This document shows, piece after piece, positions 35,488-47,594 of a DNA stretch of 64,000 bases. Within the stretch, counting starts at the first letter, position 1. Every line of letters starts with the position of its first letter. The notes beneath the pieces were generated by a model. The model worked only from the letters and a program-made list of their open reading frames with translations, had not been told where the DNA came from and did not search any database. Source of the DNA: Hormiphora californensis (Eukaryota; Animalia; Ctenophora); NCBI GenBank assembly GCA_020137815.1, contig CM035359.1, positions 4,898,001-4,962,000 of the forward strand, given 5' to 3'. A program made the position numbers and the translations under genes.

Positions 35488-38400
35488 TTACTCCCCCTTG
35501 TTTTTTCTGGTCCTGTTTGTTACGTTCCAGGCCGTCGTCAACTTGCTGATGCATACCAGGGAGAAGAAATGTGAAAGAAAGGTTGTACCACCTGAAATTG
35601 GGGGATGCTTAGAGTGGAGTATTCTAATTATACTCTATTATAATTTTTGGAAAAACAATTAAAAATATATACACAATGGTATTTACAATGGCAATTTACA
35701 ATTTTATATTATTAAAAGCATAGGTAAAATCATCAACATTATAATCTCTCATTTTCCTGCTGTTTCTTGACCCACGTATACATAAAAGGCTCAATTTTAA
35801 AATGATAAAGGAGAGTCTCACTCTTAAAAAGCTAATAACGTCATTAAAATTCTCATTCTTCTTATTACAAATCTTGTTACATAAAAGTTTTAAAAAAGTC
35901 TTGCATTCAGGTCCATAGCCTCCTGTTATTGAACAAGAATTATTGCATTATGTATTCATAATGCTGTGTTTCCCTGCCCTACCGTTTCACATGGCAGTGA
36001 CATTGTCACTGCCAACAGGATCAAGGCTTGGTCATAATGTAATGTGAGATGCATACGATCTAGCTGTCAGTATACTTCTCACATAGCTTAGAGTTAGCTA
36101 ACTCCCAATCACATGACACTTGCTAACCAGCTTTTGACATTCCAACTTAACTACTTATCTAACATCTCACACTCGACTCGAAAGATGAAAATGTGTATGT
36201 AACACGCGAAACGCGCGGCAGAGCATTTCATGTTTTGTTGAGTGGCGCTCGCACACACGTCCATCAAACTGTGTCAATGAGGTGTTTGATGAAGGAGTAG
36301 CTCGTCACTGTGCGCGCGGCTCTAGTTGCTACACCGTTGCCCTCGCAACGAAAGTGTGACCAAAAAATGTCCCTCTACCGATTAGTTAGTATACCAAAAT
36401 GTCGTTTTCGAATTCTAACCCTGCTATGCCTTTTTACAAAGTAAAAAGGCATCCGGGTGAATGCCTTCGGCATTCACCCGGGCAGGGAAAAAAATTAAAG
36501 GGGTAAAAGTGCCTCTTTCGACATTTAAAATTCTCTCATTATATTTACACCTTTTCTTAGATTCAAGATATGTAAAAACCTTCTTTGCACTTTTACATTT
36601 AGTTATGTAGCTTTTAGAGTTCGGATTAATAAGCTGCACATCAAAAAATGCATTCTGTCCATCACGATAAAATCCGTGAGCCTTAATGTCAGGTTTAGCC
36701 GAATCTTCCGTCGCCGTTGTCCTTGTGGTGAAACTTTCTCCATCAACAGCTTGAAGGTCCGGCTCCCTCTCTACGTCATTGCACACGGTTGTAAGTTGGT
36801 CAGCTAAGAGGTTGCACAGCTTGTTGTGCCTGTAGATTACATACCCTCCTCTACCACAATTGATTAAATGGGTAGGAGTCCCATCCTCCCCACACACACA
36901 TTTTTCAGGCATCCGTGGTAGAGGTTTCCCGTATCTCAACAACAGACCATCCCTAAACTCTCCTTTGTTAAGAACAAAGTCGTACTTTGATAGCGGCAGT
37001 GCTGTTAGCCAACTAGATGCTCCCTCCTCCCGGGCCTGTTCCAAGTGTCTTTGAAGCAATGCATCAGATGTGGAGACAATATTTTCATATAACTCTTTGT
37101 ATCTTGTCTCCCGCTTCTTTAGCATCTCTTCCAAGATTGTCGCATCAACACAGCAATCCTCTTTGTCCGCCATAGCCATTACCAAACCTTCTGTAACTGC
37201 CGTAGATATAGAGTACTCTTCCTCGGCCAGTTCCTCTAGTATGGGGATTCCCAACCCTCCCAACCTTGGTGGTAGAGACATGATCTTCCTCTCTAATGGG
37301 GACAGTAGGCAACCAAACAGCGATGGTAATAGACGCTCTGAAATAATATTATCCAAAGGTCTCAAATGTTCCCCCAGCCCAGGAATTGTCCTCATGAAGT
37401 AAGTTAGCTTGTGCCTCACCCCTTTTGTAAAAGCAGAATACGCAGCATGTGGTTGGGTCTTGCTGTGATGGACCAAGTTTTCAAGAATTCCAGACCACTC
37501 CTTTACCAAACTTGATATGTATTCTGATTTGAATGATGCATTTCCAAGTGGTGCCCCGAGATGTCGATGTCCAGTGTGCCGAATACTGATATTGCTGCCC
37601 TCAAAGATTTCCGCTGCCTTCCTTGCTAATTCCGGGGACTTTAAAATTAGACATGATTTGCTTGGGTTTACATAATATCCAAATCTGGTACCCATTTCTG
37701 TTATCTCATCCCACCACATTCGTAGAGCTTCCAGATTCCCTACTGCCGTAGCATCATCAGCTAGCCACGATTGGCTCACCTCCTTGATATCATTTAGTTT
37801 CCTCAAAATTGGTAACGTAGCAATAGCAAACAATGCCATGGCCAAATTATCCCCTTGGGTGAAACCTTCCTGTGATAGTAAACTCGATCCGTCAACAAAT
37901 AGTTTACTATATCCTCTGTACATGTTTACTGCAACAGGTCCAAACTCAGGGCAGAGAACTTGGATGTTATGGAGCATCACCTGTCTGTTCACCGAATTAA
38001 ACGCATTCGTTGCGTCAACAAGGATACACCCCTCTGCCTCATCAGACTCAAATTGGTCTCTGATGAAATGAATTGCTGCCTCAGCCCCTGACTTCACCCC
38101 CGTACAGACCTGCTTTGGGCCTGCCACCAATTGAATCTCATCTTTGAGAGTCCATGCAATCGCCTTCCCAACGATTCTTCGGAATGTTTCCCCAATGCCA
38201 ATGGGCCGTACCCCAGGACATTTGTTCAGTGGAATAAGGCGGCTGTTGAGATATGCCTCCAACAACGTAGGATCGATATACTTTGTTGCTAGGGTCTTGG
38301 CAAAAATTGCAATCTCTGTACGCAGTTCCACTCCTTCATTTTTGTAGTTCTTGTGTGTTAGTATTCGCTTGAAGAAATCCGAGTCCGTTGTCGTTGGACC

Positions 38401-40939
38401 CGCAGCACCTTGTGTCATTCTAGCTGCTCTTGCCACCATGTTACCACTTATCTCCGAGAAAAATGAAGGGTCTGGTTTCTCCAGTGGGCCATTGAGCAAT
38501 GACTCTGCTCTTACCGGTGCTGGGGGTGGATGTTTCTTTTCCAGCAGAATTTTTGTTTCATCAGTCAAGCTTAATACTCCATTATTTTCTTCCTCAGTTA
38601 ACATCCTCATTGCCTGTCGAATTTTTCCCTCAAACATGTATTGGGCAAATTTCCGTGATTGATCCTGGGGCTTCCTCTTGCTATTTTTAAAGCGTTGCTG
38701 AATAGCTGATGCAGCTTTTAACACACTTGTAATATCCCCTTCCTCAAATTTGTCCAAACGATCCTTCAGCAGTTCTTTGTGTTCGGATAACTTGCTTGTC
38801 CTACTAGGTTTCTGCAACAGCAAAGCAGGTAGGACCAAGAAAGTTTTCATAGCGATGGCCCCGTATTTTGTTTGGTTGTTGAAATGACTTAGCCAAGTCG
38901 AGAGAAGTTTTACAAAACGACGTCCAACTGCACACGTTGGAACGTCGAAAATATTCTTCCTCCAATGGACAACCTTTTCATAGCACTTAGAAATTAACTC
39001 CGTGAATTCCGCAACGTCATCAGCAGGATTGATGATAATCTCCTGTGGGGCTGGGATCAACGGGTTCCTCTTGCGTACAACCAAGTATCCGTTTGTTTTA
39101 CAATAGCTTTCGAGTTCCACATCCATGTTGTTGAGAATTCTCAACTAAGATGTAGATGTAAATGTTTATATCAACATATGATCTCTATTATAATTTGGAG
39201 ATGAACGTCGTCGAAGTGGTCGTTCGTTCAGCGGTATCTAAGCGACTGCTCCTTCATAAAACACTTTATAGGCACAAAGCTGTAAAGCTGTTATTCACAC
39301 TTTTGGAACTTCCAGTGGAAGTTTGTTAATATTTTCGAATGACTTTTAACAGGCCAGTCCCCATAGTTACCAATTCAGTTGCCATGGCAACGGTTTTATT
39401 GACGTTGAAAGGGAAAGAACCACCCGGCGAAGCCGGGTGGGTTATCAAAAAACCTTCTCTGAGGCGCACCCAGTGGGTGCGCTAGTTCTAATTATATAAT
39501 GGAGATTGAAACAATGTGCAGCTATTTGTTATGTCTCCTTTACTGGAGCGTGGTGAGAGAGGGTCGAGAAATACGCTACAAGAAACAATATAATATGTAA
39601 TGACTAACCGAGGAAGTATATTACGAAGTTACTGGCAGGCATGAAGTAGTGAGATGGTTTTGATAGACCAGATATCTTGTAAAACTCGTAGTGTCCGACA
39701 AAGCCCAGAGCTAGAGAGAGAGATATGGAGGAGTTAAGTAAATTATACGACTATAAACTGATCAGTTAATCTAATTGTTGTTGTCATTTTTAGGATTTTC
39801 ACCCTTTCCTCTGAAGGTTTGCACTATAAGGTACTTACAGGCTAGTATTCCGAAGATACATGCAGGCATTGAAAATGCTAGTAGACACACTTTATAGATG
39901 CTCATAAACGATGTTTTATTCTTTGTTATGCCTCGAAACCCGATGGCGCATGAAGGGAAAGCAGCCAGCCATAACACCTGAGAAATATGAACATGTTAAA
40001 ATAGAAAGGGGTCTTATTGTGAATATTTTGTACGGGGCTAGCACGAGAAATCTGAACTGTGTCATTAAATAGTCTGAGGTAGAAGTAGAACCGCGGTGCA
40101 GAAAGGGAGTGCCAGTGAAGCTTGCAGCCAGCAAGGGAGTGTCACTGTGTGAAATAGGTCCGCGCGCAGTGCAAGTGTGGGAGGGTTCTGGTCCCCTACG
40201 ATAAGACACGTCCGCGCGTTACAGTAACGACAACAAATCCCTCCTCCCGCTTTCCTCTTTGTGGCGCATACAGCTCAGCAGCGAACTCGTCACACTTTTT
40301 ACAGTTGGGTCTTCGGTCTTGTAGAAAGGATAGTTACACTTCTTGTGTTCTAACCCTCCTTTATATCAACCTTAGTGGGATGCCGTGAGAGGGGGCTAGG
40401 GTTCGAGCAAGGCAAGTTTACACTCCGCTTTTTAGTGTGACCCAGCTCAATAATACGGGGAACGTGTTGCAATTTTATTGGAGGAGGGATAGCGATGGGG
40501 AGATCTATACTCTCTATTGAATTATGAAGATACTGTTCCGATCAAGGACCCCTTCAGAATGCTTTGTGCGGCCCCAAGGCCAACGGTGGAATGTGTAACT
40601 TGTTCAACTCACTATATGCTATATGATTATAATAATCATAATTATTGTTATGGGCATGAGTGTCATAAAGTTAGCTACTGCACTGGTCCCCCCCCTCCTA
40701 ACTTCATAATATTCCGGAGTATAAAATAAAACATATATGACTATCATTACCTGCCAAGTGTAAAGTGTGTTGATTCCTGAGACTAGGGCACTGATGAGAA
40801 GTGACACCCCCAGCATACCATGGTACACCAACGTTCTCTGCATTGCCTTCTTATACTTGACACTAACAACGTACTGATGGGCGACCTGTTGCGAGTGTTA
40901 TTTAGGGGTGAGAGAGGGGAGAGAGGGGAGAGAGGGGGG

Positions 40940-40989
<50 letters not shown>

Positions 40990-41812
40990 ATGAACAATAA
41001 AATGGCATCACAACAGCACATACGGCGAAGAATGGATGAAGGGTATGAATGTGTGGATTGGATCACTTCCGGAAGGTTTCATGGCATCCCCCTTCATATC
41101 ATATGAAGTAGCACACCAACAATAGATGTGTATTTTGTGTTGTGAAGTGATAGCGAGAATAAATATTTCTGCTAAAGTATTATAGAACAAGCATCCGAAC
41201 AGAGAAACTGTACTGTTATAATGTACTGTACTGAACTGTACTGGTATAGCTTTACACAAGACAAGACTGCTAGCACATATTATACAAAGGGGATAATAAA
41301 CCTACGTTTTTGGTTTCTTTGACAATTCTTATCTGGAAGAGGGGGTGCGTTACACAGTAGCAACATGTCAAACATTGTAACATTGTGTTACACTAACAAA
41401 CGGCAAACATGTTTCAAACACTTTGTAAGAAAATCTTGCTAAACCAACATGTTACAAACACAATCTTTCCAGAAATGCAGATGGTTCCTTCCAATGACTA
41501 TTGACCAACAAGCACTTTAGTCATCAATATTCAATACTATCATGCGATGTGTATCTAGTGCAATGAATAGGGCGGATACTGGATAGGGGATACTGGATAG
41601 GGGATATTTGTTATGACGCTGACAAATGCCCCTAATAACTGCAGTACTGGAAAGTTGAAACTGTACTGGAAATATATATGACTAGGACAAGCACAAATAT
41701 CTACAAAAAAATGATAACATCGACATTTGTGTCACACAAATCTCACCTTCTCTCTGTGTTTCCAATCTGATCCGTCTGTTCCTTCAGCCCGAGGTCCAGC
41801 CTTTGAAGACAT
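35488..41812 (-). CDS. JAGN1: Protein jagunal homolog (181 aa). Exons 41812-41747, 40885-40751, 39977-39839, 39710-39609, 35591-35488
   Basis: [31 protein letters not shown] matches the conserved jagunal N-terminus; four hydrophobic segments; Lys-containing tail (KNKGE); phases consistent. Confidence 0.9.
35647..39182 (-). mobile_element. Non-LTR retrotransposon, RLE type (CRE/R2 group); ORF 39144 to ~35705, interrupted at ~35934-36487
   Basis: RT motifs RPIGIGETFRR, LVDATNAFNS, GFTQGDNL, WLADD, HLGAPLG; CCHC knuckle CVCG..THLINC; PD..D endonuclease KPDIKAHG..FFDV; ORF resumes after the insert (FTPLIF|SITGGYGPE...RLSFIILKLSLLCIRGSR); 14-bp TSD ctctattataattt at 35633-35646 and 39183-39196. 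Confidence 0.92.
35934..36487. mobile_element. Hairpin-ended non-autonomous insertion inside the retrotransposon (Helentron-like?)
   Basis: Splits the RT ORF at an A/T run; terminal 13-bp stem ccgggtgaatgcc-ttc-ggcattcacccgg; the same end recurs at ~48039-48055. Confidence 0.65.
39183..39485 (+). mobile_element. Short Helitron-like element (target of the retrotransposon)
   Basis: Two GC hairpins (cacccggc-gaa-gccgggtg; cgcaccc-agt-gggtgcg) ending in CTAG|t. Confidence 0.5.
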
Positions 41813-42230
41813 TACTATACAGCTAAAACAATAGGAGGTTTAGTTGGGACTTGTGGGAGTGGTCCTGCCTTTTTGAAAATTGAAGCTTTAGGAGTTTAGG
41901 GGTTCGCAAGATGAAGTTAACTGTTACCGAAAATCTGTCGAATGTGATCTCTTTTCTCACTTTTCGTTAGATGGTTGCAAAAATACCGGATACAATGAAT
42001 CAATTATATACTTGGACAGTAAAAATGAGTAAAAAACGACAGTTTGATTAGTAACCAATATAGAACAAAGTGCAGTAGAATACACAAATCTCCAAACATT
42101 TAACACATTTACAAAAGATGGGCCATAAAAACAGGCCTTGCGTGTGTATAACAAGTACACAAACTAAATCTATACTTGCTATATAAATTACTGAATGTAT
42201 ACATCCTTGACCATAAAAACCTCATCATCC

Positions 42231-44539
42231 TCAAATGTGTCCCCGTTCTTTAAGTTTGGACATTAATGTCGCCACATCTGGGACTTTGTCACCTGCAGCC
42301 CTCACCGGCGGGTCAACTACCTTCAGGACCTGTTTAAGGAGGGAGGGATGGAGGGATGCAGAGGAAGAGAGAGAGAGAGAGAGAGAGATACAGACTCTGT
42401 ATTACAGAGGGAGAGAGTAGATACATAGGAAGAGAGAGGGATGAGAGAGAGAAAGAGAAAAAAAAGAAGACTTGAAGAGAGAAAGAGAGAACAAGAATAT
42501 CACTCACCTTGAGTCTTGGTGTCACATCTACCCCCAGATCTTCTGGAGACATTTTCTCGATCTTCTTCTTCTTTGCCTTCATAATATTTGGCAGTGTAGC
42601 ATATCTGAAGATTAGTATTTGTTAGCAATATAATGTACTAATAATGTATTAATGTATAATAATATAATGTACTATCAAATAAGATATGAGGAGGAGAATG
42701 TATTATATCTGGGATAAACTGCTATGGCTATTGGCTGTCTAATTGTATTGAAGTCGTACTGCTGAAAAGTGAAAAAGTTGGAAACCTGGGTTCGTTTAGT
42801 CGAAGATCAGCAGATATGACAGCAGGTAGATTTACAGAGATGTCTTCTAGACCTAAAACGAAACAATTCAATCATAATCCATAATTTTTAGGCTTGCTGA
42901 GTGCTGACAGTGTAAGTTAAGAGTTTTGCCGCTCCTAAATTCGAGTTACATCTCCGAATTGTTAACTCAGGGAGAATGGAGATCCTTCTTACCTCCGTCA
43001 ATCTCTCTGGTAATCTTCAGTTTTCCATCGCTGTGCTCCACAACACTGGCCATGGTTCCCTGGGGCCACTCTAAGAGTCCAGCCAGCAACTGGGTTGTCT
43101 GGTTACTGTCATCATCAATTGCCTGGGCGATAACACAATGATAACACAATGATAACACAATGTAGTGATAACACAATGTAGTGATAACACAATGTAATGA
43201 TAACACAATGTAGTGATAACACAATGATAACACAATGATAACACAATGTAGTGATAACACAATGATAACACAATGTAATGATAACACGGTGTAGTGATAA
43301 CACAATGTAGTGATAACACAATGTAATGATAACACAATGTAGTGATAACACAATGTAATGATAACACAATGTAGTGATAACACAATGTGGTGATAACACA
43401 ATTTAATGATAACACAATGTAGTGATAACACAATGTAGTGATAACACGGTGTGACACCCGTTTGTTACTGATATGGAGGGGGGGGGGAAGATGCGAAAAT
43501 AATTACTGGGACGATGCTTTAATTGACGATACATTGTTTGCAAATTTGTGTTTGCTTTGCAAGACCTATTATCCCCCACCCCCGCTTTTGTTTGTTTGTA
43601 TGCTATGCCCCCTCCCCCTCTACCTCAGAGGGCCCCGCTCCCCGCTTTATGTGTGTATGCTATGCCCCTTCCCCCCTCTCCCCGCTCACAAACCTGTTTC
43701 CCCAGAATAACGACATCCGGTTTTTCCTTTTCAACAAGTTTGGCAAAGATTTTAGCAATAGCAAGAGGCTGGAGATTCTCCTCTGTTCCCTTTGGTACCT
43801 CAACGTGAATCCCTCTATCAGCACCCATGGCCAACGCTGCAACGGAGATTTTAGATGTTTCAAAATAAATCAAAATGGAAGTAAAACTAAACCCATATTA
43901 CATAGTTTTGGTTTGCCTTTACACTTTAGTCTTGATTGAAATTCCAAAAATGTTGCCTTGTTGACCCTCTCTGTTTGAACAAAACAAAGAAGGTCTACTG
44001 TCTGACTGCAACAACCCCTCCTCACCTGTTCTGATTGTCTCCTGGCTCTGAGTTGGACCACAACTCACAACCACTATCTCCTTCACCACCTTCTTCTGCT
44101 TCATCCGAACTGCTTCCTCAATAGCGTTCTCATCAAAAGGGTTCATGGAATGTTTCACCCCATCGGTCACAACACCTGTTCAGGGAGGGTCAAATATGGC
44201 TATACGATAGCAAACAATAGCTTCTTTCGGTTTCAAAATATATGGTGTGATCTTGCTACCAACTCTTACTCAAGCAAAGCAAAGCAGGCCGGCTAGGATA
44301 AATCCAGTGCTTACTGGTAGTTATAATTGCCTCATATATGAGCTTTTGTCTCGTTTAGAATGGCTCTAATAAAACTGTTCTTACAGACACCATGCCCACT
44401 CACCTCACACACACACACACAATATCCATATACTTTTCCAACAAAGTAGCTACTCACCAAGGGCGTCTGGCCGGACTCTTATTTTGACAGCATAGTCGAT
44501 TACTCTCTTACAGCCCACCAGCACTCGTAGGGATGCCAT
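42231..44539 (-). CDS. ETFB: Electron transfer flavoprotein beta subunit (255 aa). Exons 44539-44458, 44175-44026, 43836-43694, 43122-42993, 42852-42786, 42604-42508, 42329-42231
   Basis: [74 protein letters not shown]. Confidence 0.97.
43128..43452. repeat. gataacacaat(gtagt) minisatellite in ETFB intron 3
   Basis: Tandem 11/16-bp units. Confidence 0.95.
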
Positions 44540-44713
44540 GGCTAAACAAGTTAAAATTCAAAGCTAATATTCAAAGTAAATAATCAAAATAAGTTCAAAA
44601 TAAGTTATTAATTTGTTTGTTATTATTTATTATTCGCTAACTCCGTCTTATACGAGTTCGAAAATGGCTTATGATATCGCCATACTATTACGGGCGCGAT
44701 TATAATCTGGGTG

Positions 44714-46068
44714 CCTTGCACCGTGTTAACAGGTGCGCCGTGCGTACTACCAAAAAAGTACACCTAAAAACACTTAGACCGACTTTTTACAAACGGCTAT
44801 GCCGCACAACCACATGGCCGATTTGAGTAAACTAAACGGTATCTGATAAAGAATCGATAGCCCTAATCGATAACCCCAAACAAAACCCTAACCAGACCCT
44901 AACAACAGCCCTAAACCGTCCCGACCGCCAAAATCGATGAATTGTAAATTGGTAGCAATGGAAGGCACCTAGATTTTAAATTTGCCCTACTATTTACTCT
45001 GCTCCAGGCTACCGTTCTCCTTGGCAAACACTGCTGCACTGGTCCAAGCGCAGCGCTCTTCAACCGTTTTCCCCGAAAACCGACCAAAAGGCAAAACCGA
45101 ATTTTGCACCAAAATTTTTGAAATTGCTGGGCTCCAAAATTTTGGAAAATCGTGGTTCGGATCGCGCGGCGATTGTAATTACGAGCGCGGCCAAAATGCA
45201 GCGCTAAAACTTATTGAATCAAAGCGCCGCGCATCATGTAAAGTCCATTTTTATTCAACTGTTCACCCTCCATGCTCATGCGCGTGCGATATTTAAATTT
45301 ACGCTGCGCGCGCTACACGTTAACATGTGATAAAGTCCATTTTTTTCAACTGTTCACCCAAAATTGAAATTTCTGTGAAATTTAAAATTTTCGTGGCGCG
45401 CGCTACACGTTAACATGTGATAGACGCGCAAAACAATTCCGCGCACGACTTTGGGGGGTGAACAGTTGAAAAAAAATGGAGTATAGACGCGCAAAACAAT
45501 TCCGCGCACGACTTTGGGGGGTGAACAGTTGAAAAAAAATGGAGTACAAAGTCCATTTTTTTTCAACTGTTCACCCCCCAAAGTCGTGCGCGGAATTTTT
45601 TTGCGCGTCTATCACATGTTAACGTGTAGCGCGCGCAGCGTAAATTAAAATATCGCACACGCACGAGTTGGGGGGTGAACAGTTGAATAAAAATGGACTT
45701 TATATTTTGTACTTTTCAAAAAAGTTGTTCTCCAGCAAAAAAAAGACCCGTCCTTTTTTACTTTTTGAGCTGATCCAGTTGAAAAGCGCTGCCTTATCCC
45801 GCGCTGCGCGTGGCGCGGAACTATCGGGGGCCAGCAACGTTTGCCAACTGATCCAGCGAAAATTTCATGTTTTGTCCTCGGCATGATGATTGAGGAACCT
45901 CGGAACTTTTCAGATCGAGCACCGTGTGACCTGTTACGACCTGTCATAGCTCATAACAGCACTTTTGACGCGGGTCACGACTCACGAGTGCGTTGTGATT
46001 GGTCAAAACTGGTAATACTGTGCTTAACCTGAACATTTTCGAGGTTTCTCGTGTGCTACAGATTCATA
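44714..46068. mobile_element. Putative 1.36-kb insertion with internal palindrome and tandem units
   Basis: Flanked by the direct repeat attataatctgggtg (44699-44713, 46069-46083); ~45240-45700 is largely self-complementary. Confidence 0.5.
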
Positions 46069-46196
46069 ATTATAATCTGGGTGTTTCTATCACGTCTGGT
46101 TTTCTTGTACATTTCCCTGAAGTTGTCTCTTCTACATCTGTAACTTGAACAAACGAGGTGCTGTTTCTTGGAGCTAAATAGCGATATATGTTTTAG

Positions 46197-47560
46197 CGTT
46201 GTATCATGGGGAAGACTTGAACTACAATGCCATCACTAGAACAGGATTTCGTGAGGGAATTGGTAACATTTAACCAGGTAATACTGTAGGTTAACCAGGT
46301 TACTAAGAGGTAACTAATAGCGGTGCTGTGGTGTGTTTTATCACAGTCAAATTTTCAGAAAAATGTGGGGTATAAGAAGTGGGGCGAAGTTTCCAAGCAG
46401 CGAGATCTGGCTTTCAAAATTGCAATTTCAAAATTAAAAAGGTGAGTTTCTTTTGGCATTTTCATCTCGAAAGGTGAACAATCCTGGTAAACGTGCCACT
46501 CCTCAGTACAACGTGGCACGTTCATTAGTATCCCTTCTGGACCAGAACTTTTCATTATCTATATTGCTGCCCAACGTTCAGCAAGATTGATACACTCGCA
46601 GTTACTAAGTTAGTATATTTTCAGGAAGTTTTACAAAGTGTTAGGTGTACTTATCGGTGTTTTAGTATCCTACTGGTTGTATAGTGTAAGTTGATAATTG
46701 TCCATTCCTTTCTCGCCCCTTCTCTCGCACCATCTATTACACAACAACTAGTTGTGGTTGTGATACTTGTGTTACCACACCAACATGAACAATGTGATAT
46801 TTCCATATCTCCAATCTACTTAGAGATGGGAGAGGCGAGATAAGTTTCCAAACAATGATGTTACCTACTTCACATGCACTCACATGTTCTATTTCATTCA
46901 GGTTGATATTGTGGGTACATTTACAGAGAGTGACTGTCTTGTTCCTTTTCCAGAGAGATTTATTGACATGTTCCGACCCTCGGTGAGTAATTAATCGATT
47001 CAATATTAAAAAGTAGTTCATTACGAATTGCTCTCAGGAGGGGTAACGAAACCAAATTACCAAAAACAAGTACTATCAACCAAGTTTATTCATTAGTTGA
47101 TTGTGCGACTTAAGCAATGTTGCTGTCCTTGTTCGGAGAAATTAGCTTCTCCCTGATTAAAAACTCATATTCATTGTTATTTTACATGAAATAAATTTGC
47201 TCTAGGGTAAGTTTCTCCAACCAATCACATCTATTACTACAATGTGATCACACCTATTTCTCTCGTTGTTGCTCTTTCCACTCTTCTTCCTCGATATCCT
47301 TTCTGTCTTCTCGTCTGCATCCCCGCGGACCGTTCTCCATGCTCTCTAGGCGTCTGAGATGTATGCTCACCTCGGCGTCTCCGTCTCATGCGTGGAGCTG
47401 TCTCTGTAGTAGTCGCGATAGCATCGTGAGCTAGGGCCGTCGCTCTCAGTCATCAATCTCTGAGGGTCTCGAGTCTCGTGACTCTGCGTCTCGATCTCTC
47501 AGTGCGCGTCGTGCTCTACTCTCGTCTCCTCATCCATTCGATCTCTCGCATCTCCTCACT

Positions 47561-47594
<34 letters not shown>

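Noticed and set aside
42967-43457. Cys/His-rich repetitive ORFs
   Set aside because: Minisatellite; only the ETFB exon 43122-42993 is real
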